Shown in pieces: positions 28,202 through 37,030 of a stretch of 64,000 bases of DNA. The position numbers and the translations under genes were made by a program. Positions within the stretch are counted from its first letter, which is position 1, and each line of letters opens with the position of its first letter. The stretch is from Rubripirellula sp. (GTDB lineage: Bacteria; Planctomycetota; Planctomycetia; Pirellulales; Pirellulaceae): contig OZ244207.1 in NCBI GenBank assembly GCA_965216875.1, positions 6,624,001 through 6,688,000 on the forward strand, in the 5' to 3' direction. Under the pieces are notes generated by a model that made no database searches, was not told the DNA's origin, and worked only from the letters and a program-made list of their open reading frames with translations.

Positions 28202-28864
28202 ATGCAACGGAAGGTCGAATCGAGCGACGATGTCACCGGATGGATTCGGGCGGTGGAAAGTGGTGATGAGGAGGCCGCGACAAAGCTGTGGGGGTACTGT
28301 TTTCCTCGTTTGCTCGAATACTCGCGGCGAAAACTGCCCGATCACCTGCGCCGAATCCTCGACGAAGAAGACGTCGCACTGAGCGCCTTCAAGAGTTTCT
28401 GTCTCGGCGCGGCAAAGGGCTCACTGGGCGACATTCACGGCCGCGACGAGTTGTGGCGACTGCTGTTTTGCATCACCTCACGCAAGGCGCAAGGTTACGT
28501 TCGATACCAGACTCGCAAAAAACGTGGTGGCGGAAAAGTGGGCGGAGAGTCCACATTCCTGTTAGAGTCCGATCCGGATGTTGGTGGTGGAATCGAACAG
28601 GTTGCTGATCCGACCGCGACGCCCGACATGATGGCCCAGTTCGCGAACGATTGCCAACGCCTGTTCGATATGCTTGAAGACGACTTGTTGCAAACCATTG
28701 CCCTGCTTCGCATCGAAGGGTATTCGGTCGACGAAATTGCCGATCGCGTTGGTTGTGCGAAGCGGTCAGTCGAACGCCGCTTGAATCTGATTCGGACGAT
28801 CTGGAAAAACGCGGATGCGTCGCCTGATCAACCGCCGCACAAAGGCGACGATGACGATGTCTAA
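28202..28864 (+). CDS. ECF-type RNA polymerase sigma factor (planctomycete kinase-associated type)
   Basis: VTGWI...GDEEAATKLW, DEEDVALSAFKSF (sigma2), LWRLLFCITSRKA, and a C-terminal sigma4 HTH IALLRIEGYSVDEIADRVGCAKRSVERRL. TTG at 28199 or ATG at 28202. Confidence 0.9.
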   Translation: MQRKVESSDDVTGWIRAVESGDEEAATKLWGYCFPRLLEYSRRKLPDHLRRILDEEDVALSAFKSFCLGAAKGSLGDIHGRDELWRLLFCITSRKAQGYVRYQTRKKRGGGKVGGESTFLLESDPDVGGGIEQVADPTATPDMMAQFANDCQRLFDMLEDDLLQTIALLRIEGYSVDEIADRVGCAKRSVERRLNLIRTIWKNADASPDQPPHKGDDDDV

Positions 28865-31862
28865 AGCCGCTGACCCGAAAACGTTGTCGATAGATGCGCT
28901 GCGGCAAATCGAAGAAGTTTGCACTCGGTTTGAATCGATCGAAAAAGCGGACGATCGGGACATCGATCAGTTCCTCTCGGGTTTCACCGGCGCCGCCCGC
29001 GAGGCATTGCTCTGTGAGCTCGCTGGCCTCGACGCCGAACTACGCCAAGCCGAGGGCGGACCCAAACAATCGGCCGAAGACTATTTGAAGCATGCTGATG
29101 ATTCGTGCGACCGCCAAGGGCTCGCCGAAAGAATTGAGAACGTCCTTCGAGGTGGTGAAGACAATCCGCCCTTACGTTCACCACGGTATCGATTTGTTGA
29201 AAGGGTCGGCGCGGGCGGACTTAGCATCGTCTGGCGAGTCTTCGATGCGCACGGCCAGCGACCGCTCGCCGTCAAGTTGCTGCTGCCGCGGTTCGCAAAC
29301 GATGCCACCGCACAAGGTCGCTTGAATCGCGAAGCGCTGCTGACCGGTTCATTGCAGCATCCGGGAATCCCGCCAGTTTACGATCACGGTCAGCTCGATT
29401 CTGGCGACGCATTCTTCTCGATGAAACTCGTCGATGGCGACACCTTCGAGAGTATTTTGAAGCAGCGCGACCCGAGCAAAGACGACCTCGCTCATTGCCT
29501 TGGGATATTCGAACAGGTCTCTCAAACGCTCGCCTACGCGCACGCGCAGGGCATCATTCATCGAGACCTGAAACCTCAAAACGTCATGGTCGGCCGTTTC
29601 GGCGAAGTCCAAGTGATGGACTGGGGGATGGCCAAGCGATTGGGTGAGTCTTCAGAGCATGAATCGCCATTGGCCGGGTTGGACGGCGATTCGTCACAGT
29701 CGGCAACCGACACCGCATCCTCGGCCGCCGACAGTTCGCTCCAGCATGCTCGCCACAGTTTGACCGCTGCCGGCGATGTGCTCGGCACACCTTGCTACAT
29801 GCCGCCGGAACAAGCACGTGGTGATGTTGAATCGCTTGACCAACGCAGTGATGTCTTTGGACTCGGTGCGATGCTGTTCGAAATCCTGATGCGACGTCGA
29901 CTCTACCTGGGCGAAACCGCCGGCGAAGTCCTCGTTCGTGCTGCTGCCGGCGACCACGCCGATGCGATCACGTCGCTTCAAGAAAGCGACGTGGATCAAG
30001 ATCTGGCCGACTTGTGCAAACAATGCCTCGAAAACGATCCGAGTGCACGTCCGATTGACGCAGGAGAAGTTGCTAAGCGAATCGCCGGTTACCTCGAAGG
30101 CGTTCAAGAACGTCTCAAACGCGCCGAGATCCAACGACACGAGGCGATTGTTCGGGCCGATGCAGAATCCAAACGTCGCCGAATTTTGACCGCAACCGCT
30201 TCGATTGTCGTTCTGGTCACCTTGCTCGGTGCGGCCGGTGTCGGTTGGCAATGGAACAAAGCCGTGGAAGCGAACGAAAAAGCAACCGCGGCACTCGACT
30301 TGGCGGACAAACGCTTCGAACAAGCTCAAGACATCGTCGACGACTATCTGACCGAAGTCGCTCAACCAGACGGCGTCCTGGCGCGAACGCCCGGCACCCA
30401 GGCGCTCCAACGTGTGCTGCTCGAGAAAGCACGTGATTACTACGAGTTGTTCCTGGCCGAGTCCGAAAACAATCCCTCCGTCCGTTTCGAAACGGCGCAG
30501 GCCTACGCCCGGTTGGGGCAAATCAGCGCGATCCTTGATCCTGCAAGCAACGAAACGTTCGAGCTGTACGACAAAGCGACCAATCTCTACCAGCAGCTTA
30601 TCGACCAAGAGGGCGAAGATCCCGAGTACCTCAAAGCACTCGCCGAAGCGAACGGCGCAATCGGGAACGATCATTTTGTGGCAAGTCGGTTTCCAGATGC
30701 GGAAACCTTCTATTCAAAGAGCATTGACGCGGGAACCCGGTTGGTCACTTTGCGCGGAGATGCCGACGATGTGTTGACCCTCGCCAAGTCGACTCACAAC
30801 CTGGGGCACTCGAAAAGCCAGCGTGGGGACAAGAAAGGCGCCGAGCCGCTGTTGGTCGAAGCACTTGATTTGACCAAGCCGCTGCTCGAAACCCATCGAG
30901 ACGAATCCGAGCACCTGTTTCACATTTCGAACATGTATTCGAACGCCGGGACGTTTTTCGGATTCAAAAAAGGTGACTGGAAACGTTCGCTCGAGCTCTA
31001 CGAGAAAGCCGTCGAATTGCGTGAACACTTGGTCGAAATCGATTCGCAACATCGAAACAAACACGCACTCGCAGGTGGATACAACAATGTCGGTCTGGCC
31101 CTTTACCAAGCACGGCGAATCGATGAAGCCAAAGCGGCTTTCATCAAGGCCGCCGAAATTCGAGAGGTGTTGATCGTCGAAAACCCCGCGATTCATGAAT
31201 ACGCTCACAAACTTGGCGATACCTACATGAACCTGGGGACCTTTTCGATCAAACAAGGCTTCGAGCAGGACTCCCTCCAGTACTACGAGAAATCGGCCGA
31301 CACCTTTTTGAAGCTCGCCGAGACCTACCCGCATATCGTCAAGTTCCACAAAGAAGCGATCAACGCGATCTTCAGCAAGGCGAACATCAATCCAGGGCAC
31401 GAACGCGCGGTGCCACAGATTCGCCATATGATCGAGGTCTACGATCGGTTGATCGAACTCAATCCTGACAACCGAAGTTTCCCTCGGTTAAAGGCGCTCT
31501 TCCTTTGCGTGATTCCCGACCCGCCGATGGACGAAGTGTTGCAGTTGACGAATCGTTACCAGCTTGGACAAAAGGGAACAACACCGGCCGAGTTGACGGT
31601 ACGCGCGTTGGTTCTCTATCGCGACCAACAGTACGAGCTTGCATCGGATCACTTGAAGGCGATACCGCAAGGCAAGTATGACGGCGCCACGTGGGCGCTT
31701 ACTGCACTGGTGCAACACAAGTTGGATGACAAGCAAGCCGCCAAGAGTCTCGAAAAGGCTCGCAAGATCATCAACAAAAACAAGTTTCCCGACTACGAGT
31801 ACTTCGCCCTGCTCCGAGAAGCGGATCAGACGATCAAGTCCTCAGCCGAAACCGTCGACTGA
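28857..31862 (+). CDS. Hanks-type Ser/Thr protein kinase with TM helix, coiled coil and C-terminal TPR repeats
   Basis: VGAGGLSIV, LAVKLL, HRDLKPQN, DWGMAK, GTPCYMPPEQ, DQRSDVFGLG; TM ILTATASIVVLVTLLGAAGVGW; TPR-like helices follow. Start ATG 28851 or 28857 overlaps the ECF stop (track starts at 28815). Confidence 0.93.
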   Translation: MSKAADPKTLSIDALRQIEEVCTRFESIEKADDRDIDQFLSGFTGAAREALLCELAGLDAELRQAEGGPKQSAEDYLKHADDSCDRQGLAERIENVLRGGEDNPPLRSPRYRFVERVGAGGLSIVWRVFDAHGQRPLAVKLLLPRFANDATAQGRLNREALLTGSLQHPGIPPVYDHGQLDSGDAFFSMKLVDGDTFESILKQRDPSKDDLAHCLGIFEQVSQTLAYAHAQGIIHRDLKPQNVMVGRFGEVQVMDWGMAKRLGESSEHESPLAGLDGDSSQSATDTASSAADSSLQHARHSLTAAGDVLGTPCYMPPEQARGDVESLDQRSDVFGLGAMLFEILMRRRLYLGETAGEVLVRAAAGDHADAITSLQESDVDQDLADLCKQCLENDPSARPIDAGEVAKRIAGYLEGVQERLKRAEIQRHEAIVRADAESKRRRILTATASIVVLVTLLGAAGVGWQWNKAVEANEKATAALDLADKRFEQAQDIVDDYLTEVAQPDGVLARTPGTQALQRVLLEKARDYYELFLAESENNPSVRFETAQAYARLGQISAILDPASNETFELYDKATNLYQQLIDQEGEDPEYLKALAEANGAIGNDHFVASRFPDAETFYSKSIDAGTRLVTLRGDADDVLTLAKSTHNLGHSKSQRGDKKGAEPLLVEALDLTKPLLETHRDESEHLFHISNMYSNAGTFFGFKKGDWKRSLELYEKAVELREHLVEIDSQHRNKHALAGGYNNVGLALYQARRIDEAKAAFIKAAEIREVLIVENPAIHEYAHKLGDTYMNLGTFSIKQGFEQDSLQYYEKSADTFLKLAETYPHIVKFHKEAINAIFSKANINPGHERAVPQIRHMIEVYDRLIELNPDNRSFPRLKALFLCVIPDPPMDEVLQLTNRYQLGQKGTTPAELTVRALVLYRDQQYELASDHLKAIPQGKYDGATWALTALVQHKLDDKQAAKSLEKARKIINKNKFPDYEYFALLREADQTIKSSAETVD

Positions 31863-31896
31863 GGACCGATCTCTTCGAATCGTTTTGCTTTGCCGA

Positions 31897-34236
31897 TCAC
31901 TCGAGTTCGATAGTGATCTGCTCGATCTCGCCGTTGAATTCGTTTCCGTGTTGTGGGTAGTCGGGCGAAACAGGCGTGTGGTAGTCGACGCCAACGTCAG
32001 CGGTTTCATCGGCTGAAAATACAAAGCCAACGGTTTTGTCGATCTTGCCTTGAGCCACCTGTTTGCCGTTGACGATCAACTTGCCAACACCGCCGGCGCC
32101 CGGTTCCTTGCCACCCTGGTAATCAAATTCGTAGCGGATCGTTGTCTTGCCTGGTGGCAACTTTTCCGGTCCTTCGACGGTGTAGCGTTGGCGGTCGTAC
32201 CAGTTGTGCACATAGATCGGCTTGCCGTCTTTCATGTACAAACTCCACCCTGCGAAGTTGCCGCCCTGGCAAATCAAGACGCCATCACCACCCTCGGCCG
32301 GGACTTCGATCTCGGCTGTGATGCTGTGCGACGCGTTCTTGATATTGATGAACGCGTTTTCCATGATCCGCGTCATGCCCGGGTAAAGCGTTAGCGATTT
32401 GCGATCACCCATCAGGTCGGGGCGTCCTGCGATCGCCGCATTGAAGCGTTCGTAAACACGATCATCCAGAGGCAGAACGTTGTACTTGACCGCTTCGGTC
32501 ATGAACAATTCCTGCATTTGCTGAAGCTTCTCGGGATGTTGAGCGGCCACATCGTTCGCTTGGCTGAAGTCTTTGGCCACGTGATACAGTTCCCACTTGT
32601 CATCAGCCAACGCACCATCGGGAGCCGATGCCCAGGGCGTGCGGTGTTTGGCGGTCGCACACCAACCGTCGTGATAGATCGCACGGTTGCCAAACATTTC
32701 AAAGTACTGCGTCGTGTGACGATCAGCACTTTTGGCGTTGTCGAAGCTGTATTTCATGCTCACGCCTTCGAACGGCTTTTGCTTGGCTCCATTGACCGAG
32801 GTTGGGAATGGCAACCCGGCGGCGTCCATCACGGTTGGACCGAGGTCGACCACATGATGCCATTGGTCGCGAACTTCACCACGCGCTTTGATGCCACCAG
32901 GCCAGTGAACAACCAGTGGGTTTCGTGTGCCGCCGTAGTGTGATGCGACCTGCTTGGTCCATTGAAATGGAGTGTTGCCGGCACAAGCCCAGCCAGCGTG
33001 GAAGTGGTTGTAGGCGTCTTTGCCGCCAAAATCGTCAATGCGTTTGAGCTGTTCTTCGACGGTGTCCGCCAAACCGTTCAGCACGATCATCTCGTTGAAC
33101 GTGCCCGATAAACCGCCCTCGGCGCTGCAACCGTTGTCACCCCAAACGTAAAGGAACAACGTGTTGTCCAGTTCGTCCATCTTCTCGAGTGAATCAACCA
33201 TGCGACCAATTTCGTGGTCCGTGTGAGATGCGAACGCTGCGAAGACTTCCATTTGGCGGGCGTACAGTCGTTGTTCGTCTTTTGACAAACTGTCCCAGTC
33301 TTTGATGTCGTCCGGTTTCTTGGCGAGTTCGGTTCCTTTGGGGACAACGCCCATCTCGATTTGTTTGGCAAGCGTTTGCTGGCGGTACTTGTCCCAGCCC
33401 ATATCGAACTTGCCCTTGTACTTGTCGATCCATTCCTGTGGCACTTGGTGCGGAGCATGCGTGGCGCCAGTGGCAAAGTAAACAAAGAAAGGCTTTTCCG
33501 GCGTCAACGACTTTTGGAAACGCATCCAGCGGATCGCTTCGCTCGCTAAGTCCGTCGTGACGTGGTAGTCAGGATCGTGTGGTGGTTCGATCGGCGTCAC
33601 CCCGTCATGCAGGAAAGGCGCCCATTGATTGGTTTCACCACCGATGAAGCCATAGAACTTGTCAAATCCTGAGCGTGTTGGCCAGCGATCAAACGGACCC
33701 GAGATGCTCACTTCCCAGGGTGCCGTCTCGTGGTACTTGCCAAACGCGGCGGTGCTGTAGCCATTCAAGCGAAGCATTTCGGCAACGGGCTCGACGCTCT
33801 TGGGACGACGACCTTGGTTGCCTGGAAAGGCGGTTGCGACTTCCATCACCGATCCCGCGTTCGCCGAATGGTGGTTGCGGCCAGTCAAGATGGCCATTCG
33901 AGTCGGCGAGCAAAGTGCGGTGGTGTGGAATTGGTTGTATCGCAGCCCGTTCTCAGCCAAACGGTTGAGTGTCGGTGTGGAGATCGCGCCTCCAAAACAC
34001 TCTGCCGTTCCGAAACCGATATCGTCAATCAAGACGATCACGACATTGGGGGCGCCAGCCGGTGCGTCGATCGAGAAAGCAGGCGGAGCCGTGGCGTCTC
34101 TCGCATCAAGTTCCGTGATCGGCGCCGCCACGGGGGCCTCGATGGGCAACTTGGTTCGATCGAGCGACTGTGCACTCGCCACATGACTAACGACCAACGC
34201 CAACACGCATAATGTCGTACGTACCAGCAAACTCAT
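31897..34236 (-). CDS. Formylglycine-dependent arylsulfatase (long AtsA/AtsD-like type with C-terminal beta-sandwich), secreted
   Basis: PNVVIVLIDD, CSPTR motif, GKYH, HAPHQ, WGDNG, WTKQ. ATG at 34236 follows GGGGAG and gives a signal peptide (MSLLVRTTLCVLALVVSHVASA). Confidence 0.92.
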   Translation of the reverse strand: MSLLVRTTLCVLALVVSHVASAQSLDRTKLPIEAPVAAPITELDARDATAPPAFSIDAPAGAPNVVIVLIDDIGFGTAECFGGAISTPTLNRLAENGLRYNQFHTTALCSPTRMAILTGRNHHSANAGSVMEVATAFPGNQGRRPKSVEPVAEMLRLNGYSTAAFGKYHETAPWEVSISGPFDRWPTRSGFDKFYGFIGGETNQWAPFLHDGVTPIEPPHDPDYHVTTDLASEAIRWMRFQKSLTPEKPFFVYFATGATHAPHQVPQEWIDKYKGKFDMGWDKYRQQTLAKQIEMGVVPKGTELAKKPDDIKDWDSLSKDEQRLYARQMEVFAAFASHTDHEIGRMVDSLEKMDELDNTLFLYVWGDNGCSAEGGLSGTFNEMIVLNGLADTVEEQLKRIDDFGGKDAYNHFHAGWACAGNTPFQWTKQVASHYGGTRNPLVVHWPGGIKARGEVRDQWHHVVDLGPTVMDAAGLPFPTSVNGAKQKPFEGVSMKYSFDNAKSADRHTTQYFEMFGNRAIYHDGWCATAKHRTPWASAPDGALADDKWELYHVAKDFSQANDVAAQHPEKLQQMQELFMTEAVKYNVLPLDDRVYERFNAAIAGRPDLMGDRKSLTLYPGMTRIMENAFINIKNASHSITAEIEVPAEGGDGVLICQGGNFAGWSLYMKDGKPIYVHNWYDRQRYTVEGPEKLPPGKTTIRYEFDYQGGKEPGAGGVGKLIVNGKQVAQGKIDKTVGFVFSADETADVGVDYHTPVSPDYPQHGNEFNGEIEQITIELE

Positions 34237-34364
34237 GGCAGCTCCCCCTGTCCAATGTTGAAAAGACTTCGCGCGGCAGGCGAACAAAAAGTTGCCACGC
34301 GAACGACGCATTGTAGCTTGGCGCCAATCGCAGCGAGGCTCGTTATCGAAACTTCTTCGAAGGT

Positions 34365-34922
34365 TCATGCGCTCGCGGGAGCATCCCTGCGGTACAAAAC
34401 ATGTCGCTGAAGTGGGTGGCCCTTTGCCACAAGCGGATGGTCAAAGTCGTCCATAGGAGAATAAATCATCCCCAGCTTTTCCATCACGCGACGCGATCGC
34501 ACATTTCCTACCGTTGTCGTTGAGACAATTTGTTTCAAAGCGAGGTGCTTGAAAGCAAATTCCATCGCCGCGCTCGCACCCTCGGTTGCATAGCCGTTTC
34601 CCCAGAAGGACGCACTCAGTCGCCAGCCAATTTCGACACACGGCGTGAAGTGGGATTCGAATCGGGGAATTGCCAGTCCGATGAAACCGATAAAGGGCGT
34701 GTGGTCTTTGATTTGCACCGCCCAAAAACCAAAGCCATTGTCCGCAAAGTGCTTCTCGATGCGTTCGGCCGCCGCGTTGCTCTGGTCTGTCGTTAATGGT
34801 TCGGGGAAAAACTCCATCACGACCGGGTCTGCGTTCAACGCCGCAAACGGGATTCGATCGGCGGGTTGCCAACGCCGAAGCAACAATCGATCGGTTTCGA
34901 TCTCTTCTGGTAAAACGCCCAC
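34365..34922 (-). CDS. GNAT acetyltransferase, RimJ/RimL family
   Basis: IETDRLLLRRW, EIGWRL..FWGNGYATE, NVRSRRVMEKLGM. GTG at 34922 preceded by AGGAG. Confidence 0.88.
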   Translation of the reverse strand: MGVLPEEIETDRLLLRRWQPADRIPFAALNADPVVMEFFPEPLTTDQSNAAAERIEKHFADNGFGFWAVQIKDHTPFIGFIGLAIPRFESHFTPCVEIGWRLSASFWGNGYATEGASAAMEFAFKHLALKQIVSTTTVGNVRSRRVMEKLGMIYSPMDDFDHPLVAKGHPLQRHVLYRRDAPASA

Positions 34923-34936
34923 AAGTCGGCTCCTGC

Positions 34937-35404
34937 TCAAGCGTTCTCGTCGAGTCGCGTTAAGACAATCGCAAGGTGATGGTCGAGGTGATTGACGTAA
35001 TCGGTCACCAAGAACTCGAGGGTGCATGTGTCATACGGAGTGATCGTGCAGGGCGTCGGTAGCTTCGAGTCGGGAAGATTGCGAATCAAGGTCGCCAGTT
35101 GCCGATTATAGAAATACCAAAGCTGGACGAGCGATTCCCAATCGCTTTCACGGTAGTTGGCCGCATCGACCCATTCATTTTGTTCGTATTTTGGAAAAGT
35201 CAATTCCTCGACGAATTGGGCACGCACAAAACGTTGATGGTTGTTGCACGCCGAATCGACCAAGTGACCCAAGACTTCCGCGATCGACCAGCGGCTTGGC
35301 GATGGCTTTTGACCGACCGAATGGGTGTCGAGGTCGAGAAAACGCGGCCTCCAGTCATCGACGATTCTCTCGATCGAGGATGCAGCTTGTTGTTGAATCG
35401 TCAT
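34937..35404 (-). CDS. DinB/YfiT-like family protein
   Basis: WSIAEVLGHLVDS...NHQRF and C-terminal DYVNHLDHHL His triad. Confidence 0.85.
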   Translation of the reverse strand: MTIQQQAASSIERIVDDWRPRFLDLDTHSVGQKPSPSRWSIAEVLGHLVDSACNNHQRFVRAQFVEELTFPKYEQNEWVDAANYRESDWESLVQLWYFYNRQLATLIRNLPDSKLPTPCTITPYDTCTLEFLVTDYVNHLDHHLAIVLTRLDENA

Positions 35405-35442
35405 GAGGCCTACGGCAGTGGGAGTATTTCGAACGGCGGTAC

Positions 35443-35695
35443 GTCGCTACGCTCGCCAGAGCGTGGTGACATTGATTAGATTCTACCGACGGAAACGACC
35501 TTCTGACGTGAGCCGAATGCGCTAGCGTCGGGCCTTGCACCCATCGTAGCTACGCTCGCCAGAGCGTGGTGAGAGTGATTAGCGGAACCACCTTCTGGCG
35601 AAGGTAGCTACGGCGAGTCACCTTGCGGCTCACCTGTGAGCCGCGAACGCGTCAATTGAACGTCATGCGAACGCTCGTCATGCGGAGCATGACCT
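35443..35695. repeat. Cluster of REP-like palindromes (GTAG type and GTGAGCCG type)
   Basis: GT(C/A)GCTACGCTCGCCAGAGCGTGG at 35443-35466 and 35546-35569; inverted variant CCACCTTCTGGCGAAGGTAGCTAC at 35588-35611; GTGAGCCG at about 35509; hairpins GCGGCTCAC-ct-GTGAGCCGC (about 35625-35644) and GTCATGC-gga-GCATGAC. Confidence 0.8.
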
Positions 35696-35712
35696 ACAAA
35701 GACGTATTCCCA

Positions 35713-37008
35713 TTACGCCAATTCGAGACCTCGCATCGTTCCTGTGCTGCTGGCGAAGCGGTCGGATTCAATCCCCAGTCGCTGCAACATGCTGACAAAA
35801 AGATTAGGCAGCGGATAATTGTTCGATTGATCGAACGCGAGGTGCTGGCCATGTCGGAAGCCGCCACCCGCGAGAATCACAGGTAGGTTTCGATTGTCGT
35901 GACTGCTGGCGTTGCCCATATTGCTGCCGTACATCACCATCGTGCGGTCAAGCAGGGAATCGCCCTGCTCTTTGGTCTGATCGAGTCGTTCAAGCAGCCT
36001 GGCCAACGCGCGGACATGCTCCGTTTCGATGATCGCAAGCTGCTCAATCTTCTTGGGGTTGCGTCCATGGTGTGAAACGGTGTGGTACCCTTCATCGACG
36101 CCCTCGATCGGAGGCACGATGAAAAATCCTTCCATCATGATTGTGATCAAACGGGTTGAATCGGTTTGCAGCGCAAGGCTCGTTAGGTCGAACATCAACT
36201 CGGCTCGGCCGATCACGTCGCCTTGGTCGCGAATGTCTTTAGGCGGCTTCGCGTTCACCTTGGGCTTGGGTTTTCGTTGCCAGTCCTGGCGCCGCTGCAT
36301 TTGTTGCTCGACTTCACGAACACTCGTGACATACTCGTCGAACTTTGCCCGATCACTCGGGTTCAGCTTGCGCTCGAGCGACTTTGCTTGTTGCAACACG
36401 GTGTCCATGATGCTTTCGCCGTGTCGCAGCTTTCGGACTTGCGACTCCACTTCGGCGGCGCTGCCGGTCAGAAACAGCTTGGCGAAAACTTGCGAGGGGC
36501 GCGTCGCACCCGGAATGGGAACGCCGGCGCGGGTCCACGAAAGCGTGTCGTTGCCGTTGGCGCACAAGGCAAGTGACGGGAAACGCGTTTCCCGACCAAT
36601 GTAGTCAGCGGCGTATTGGTCGAGCGAAATCGTGTTCTTGAAACTGTTTCCGCCCGGGTGCGGTGCGCAGGTCAAAAAGCTCTTCTGTGCTGGATGGCCA
36701 CCATCGACTTCGGGGTGTGAAACACCACTGAATACCGTCATCTGATCACGGAACGATTCAAGCTCTTTCAGATAACGTGACGGTTTCCAACCAAAGCCAT
36801 CTCCGTCGGGGATGAAATGGGGAAGGTGCAAGCCGAGGTTGTTGCAAATGCAGACCATTCGGCGTGGCACGTCGCCTGGTCGTTTGCCGTCGCCATCGGA
36901 TGGCTTCTTCGCTGCGGAATCGTTTGCCTTGGCCGATTCAAGCAGCGGCAACGACAGCGCAACACCAGACGCTCGTAAACACGTTCGGCGCGAAAGTGAT
37001 CGTTTCAT
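35713..37008 (-). CDS. DUF1552 family protein (Tat-like signal), pair 1
   Basis: MKRSLSRRTCLRASGVALSLPLLES, RRMVCICNNLG, GGH, NTISLDQ, TRFPSL, ALQTDSTR, YHTVSHHG, SNMGNASSHDNRNLPVILAGG. The track ORF extends 5' into the upstream gene; real start about 37008 or 37029. Confidence 0.88.
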   Translation of the reverse strand: MKRSLSRRTCLRASGVALSLPLLESAKANDSAAKKPSDGDGKRPGDVPRRMVCICNNLGLHLPHFIPDGDGFGWKPSRYLKELESFRDQMTVFSGVSHPEVDGGHPAQKSFLTCAPHPGGNSFKNTISLDQYAADYIGRETRFPSLALCANGNDTLSWTRAGVPIPGATRPSQVFAKLFLTGSAAEVESQVRKLRHGESIMDTVLQQAKSLERKLNPSDRAKFDEYVTSVREVEQQMQRRQDWQRKPKPKVNAKPPKDIRDQGDVIGRAELMFDLTSLALQTDSTRLITIMMEGFFIVPPIEGVDEGYHTVSHHGRNPKKIEQLAIIETEHVRALARLLERLDQTKEQGDSLLDRTMVMYGSNMGNASSHDNRNLPVILAGGGFRHGQHLAFDQSNNYPLPNLFVSMLQRLGIESDRFASSTGTMRGLELA

Positions 37009-37030
37009 CTCAGTCTCTCGTGGTGGCATG

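Noticed and set aside
35443..35611. Repeats as a possible mini CRISPR array
   Set aside because: Only two direct copies plus an inverted one, irregular spacing and no cas genes; REP-like instead.
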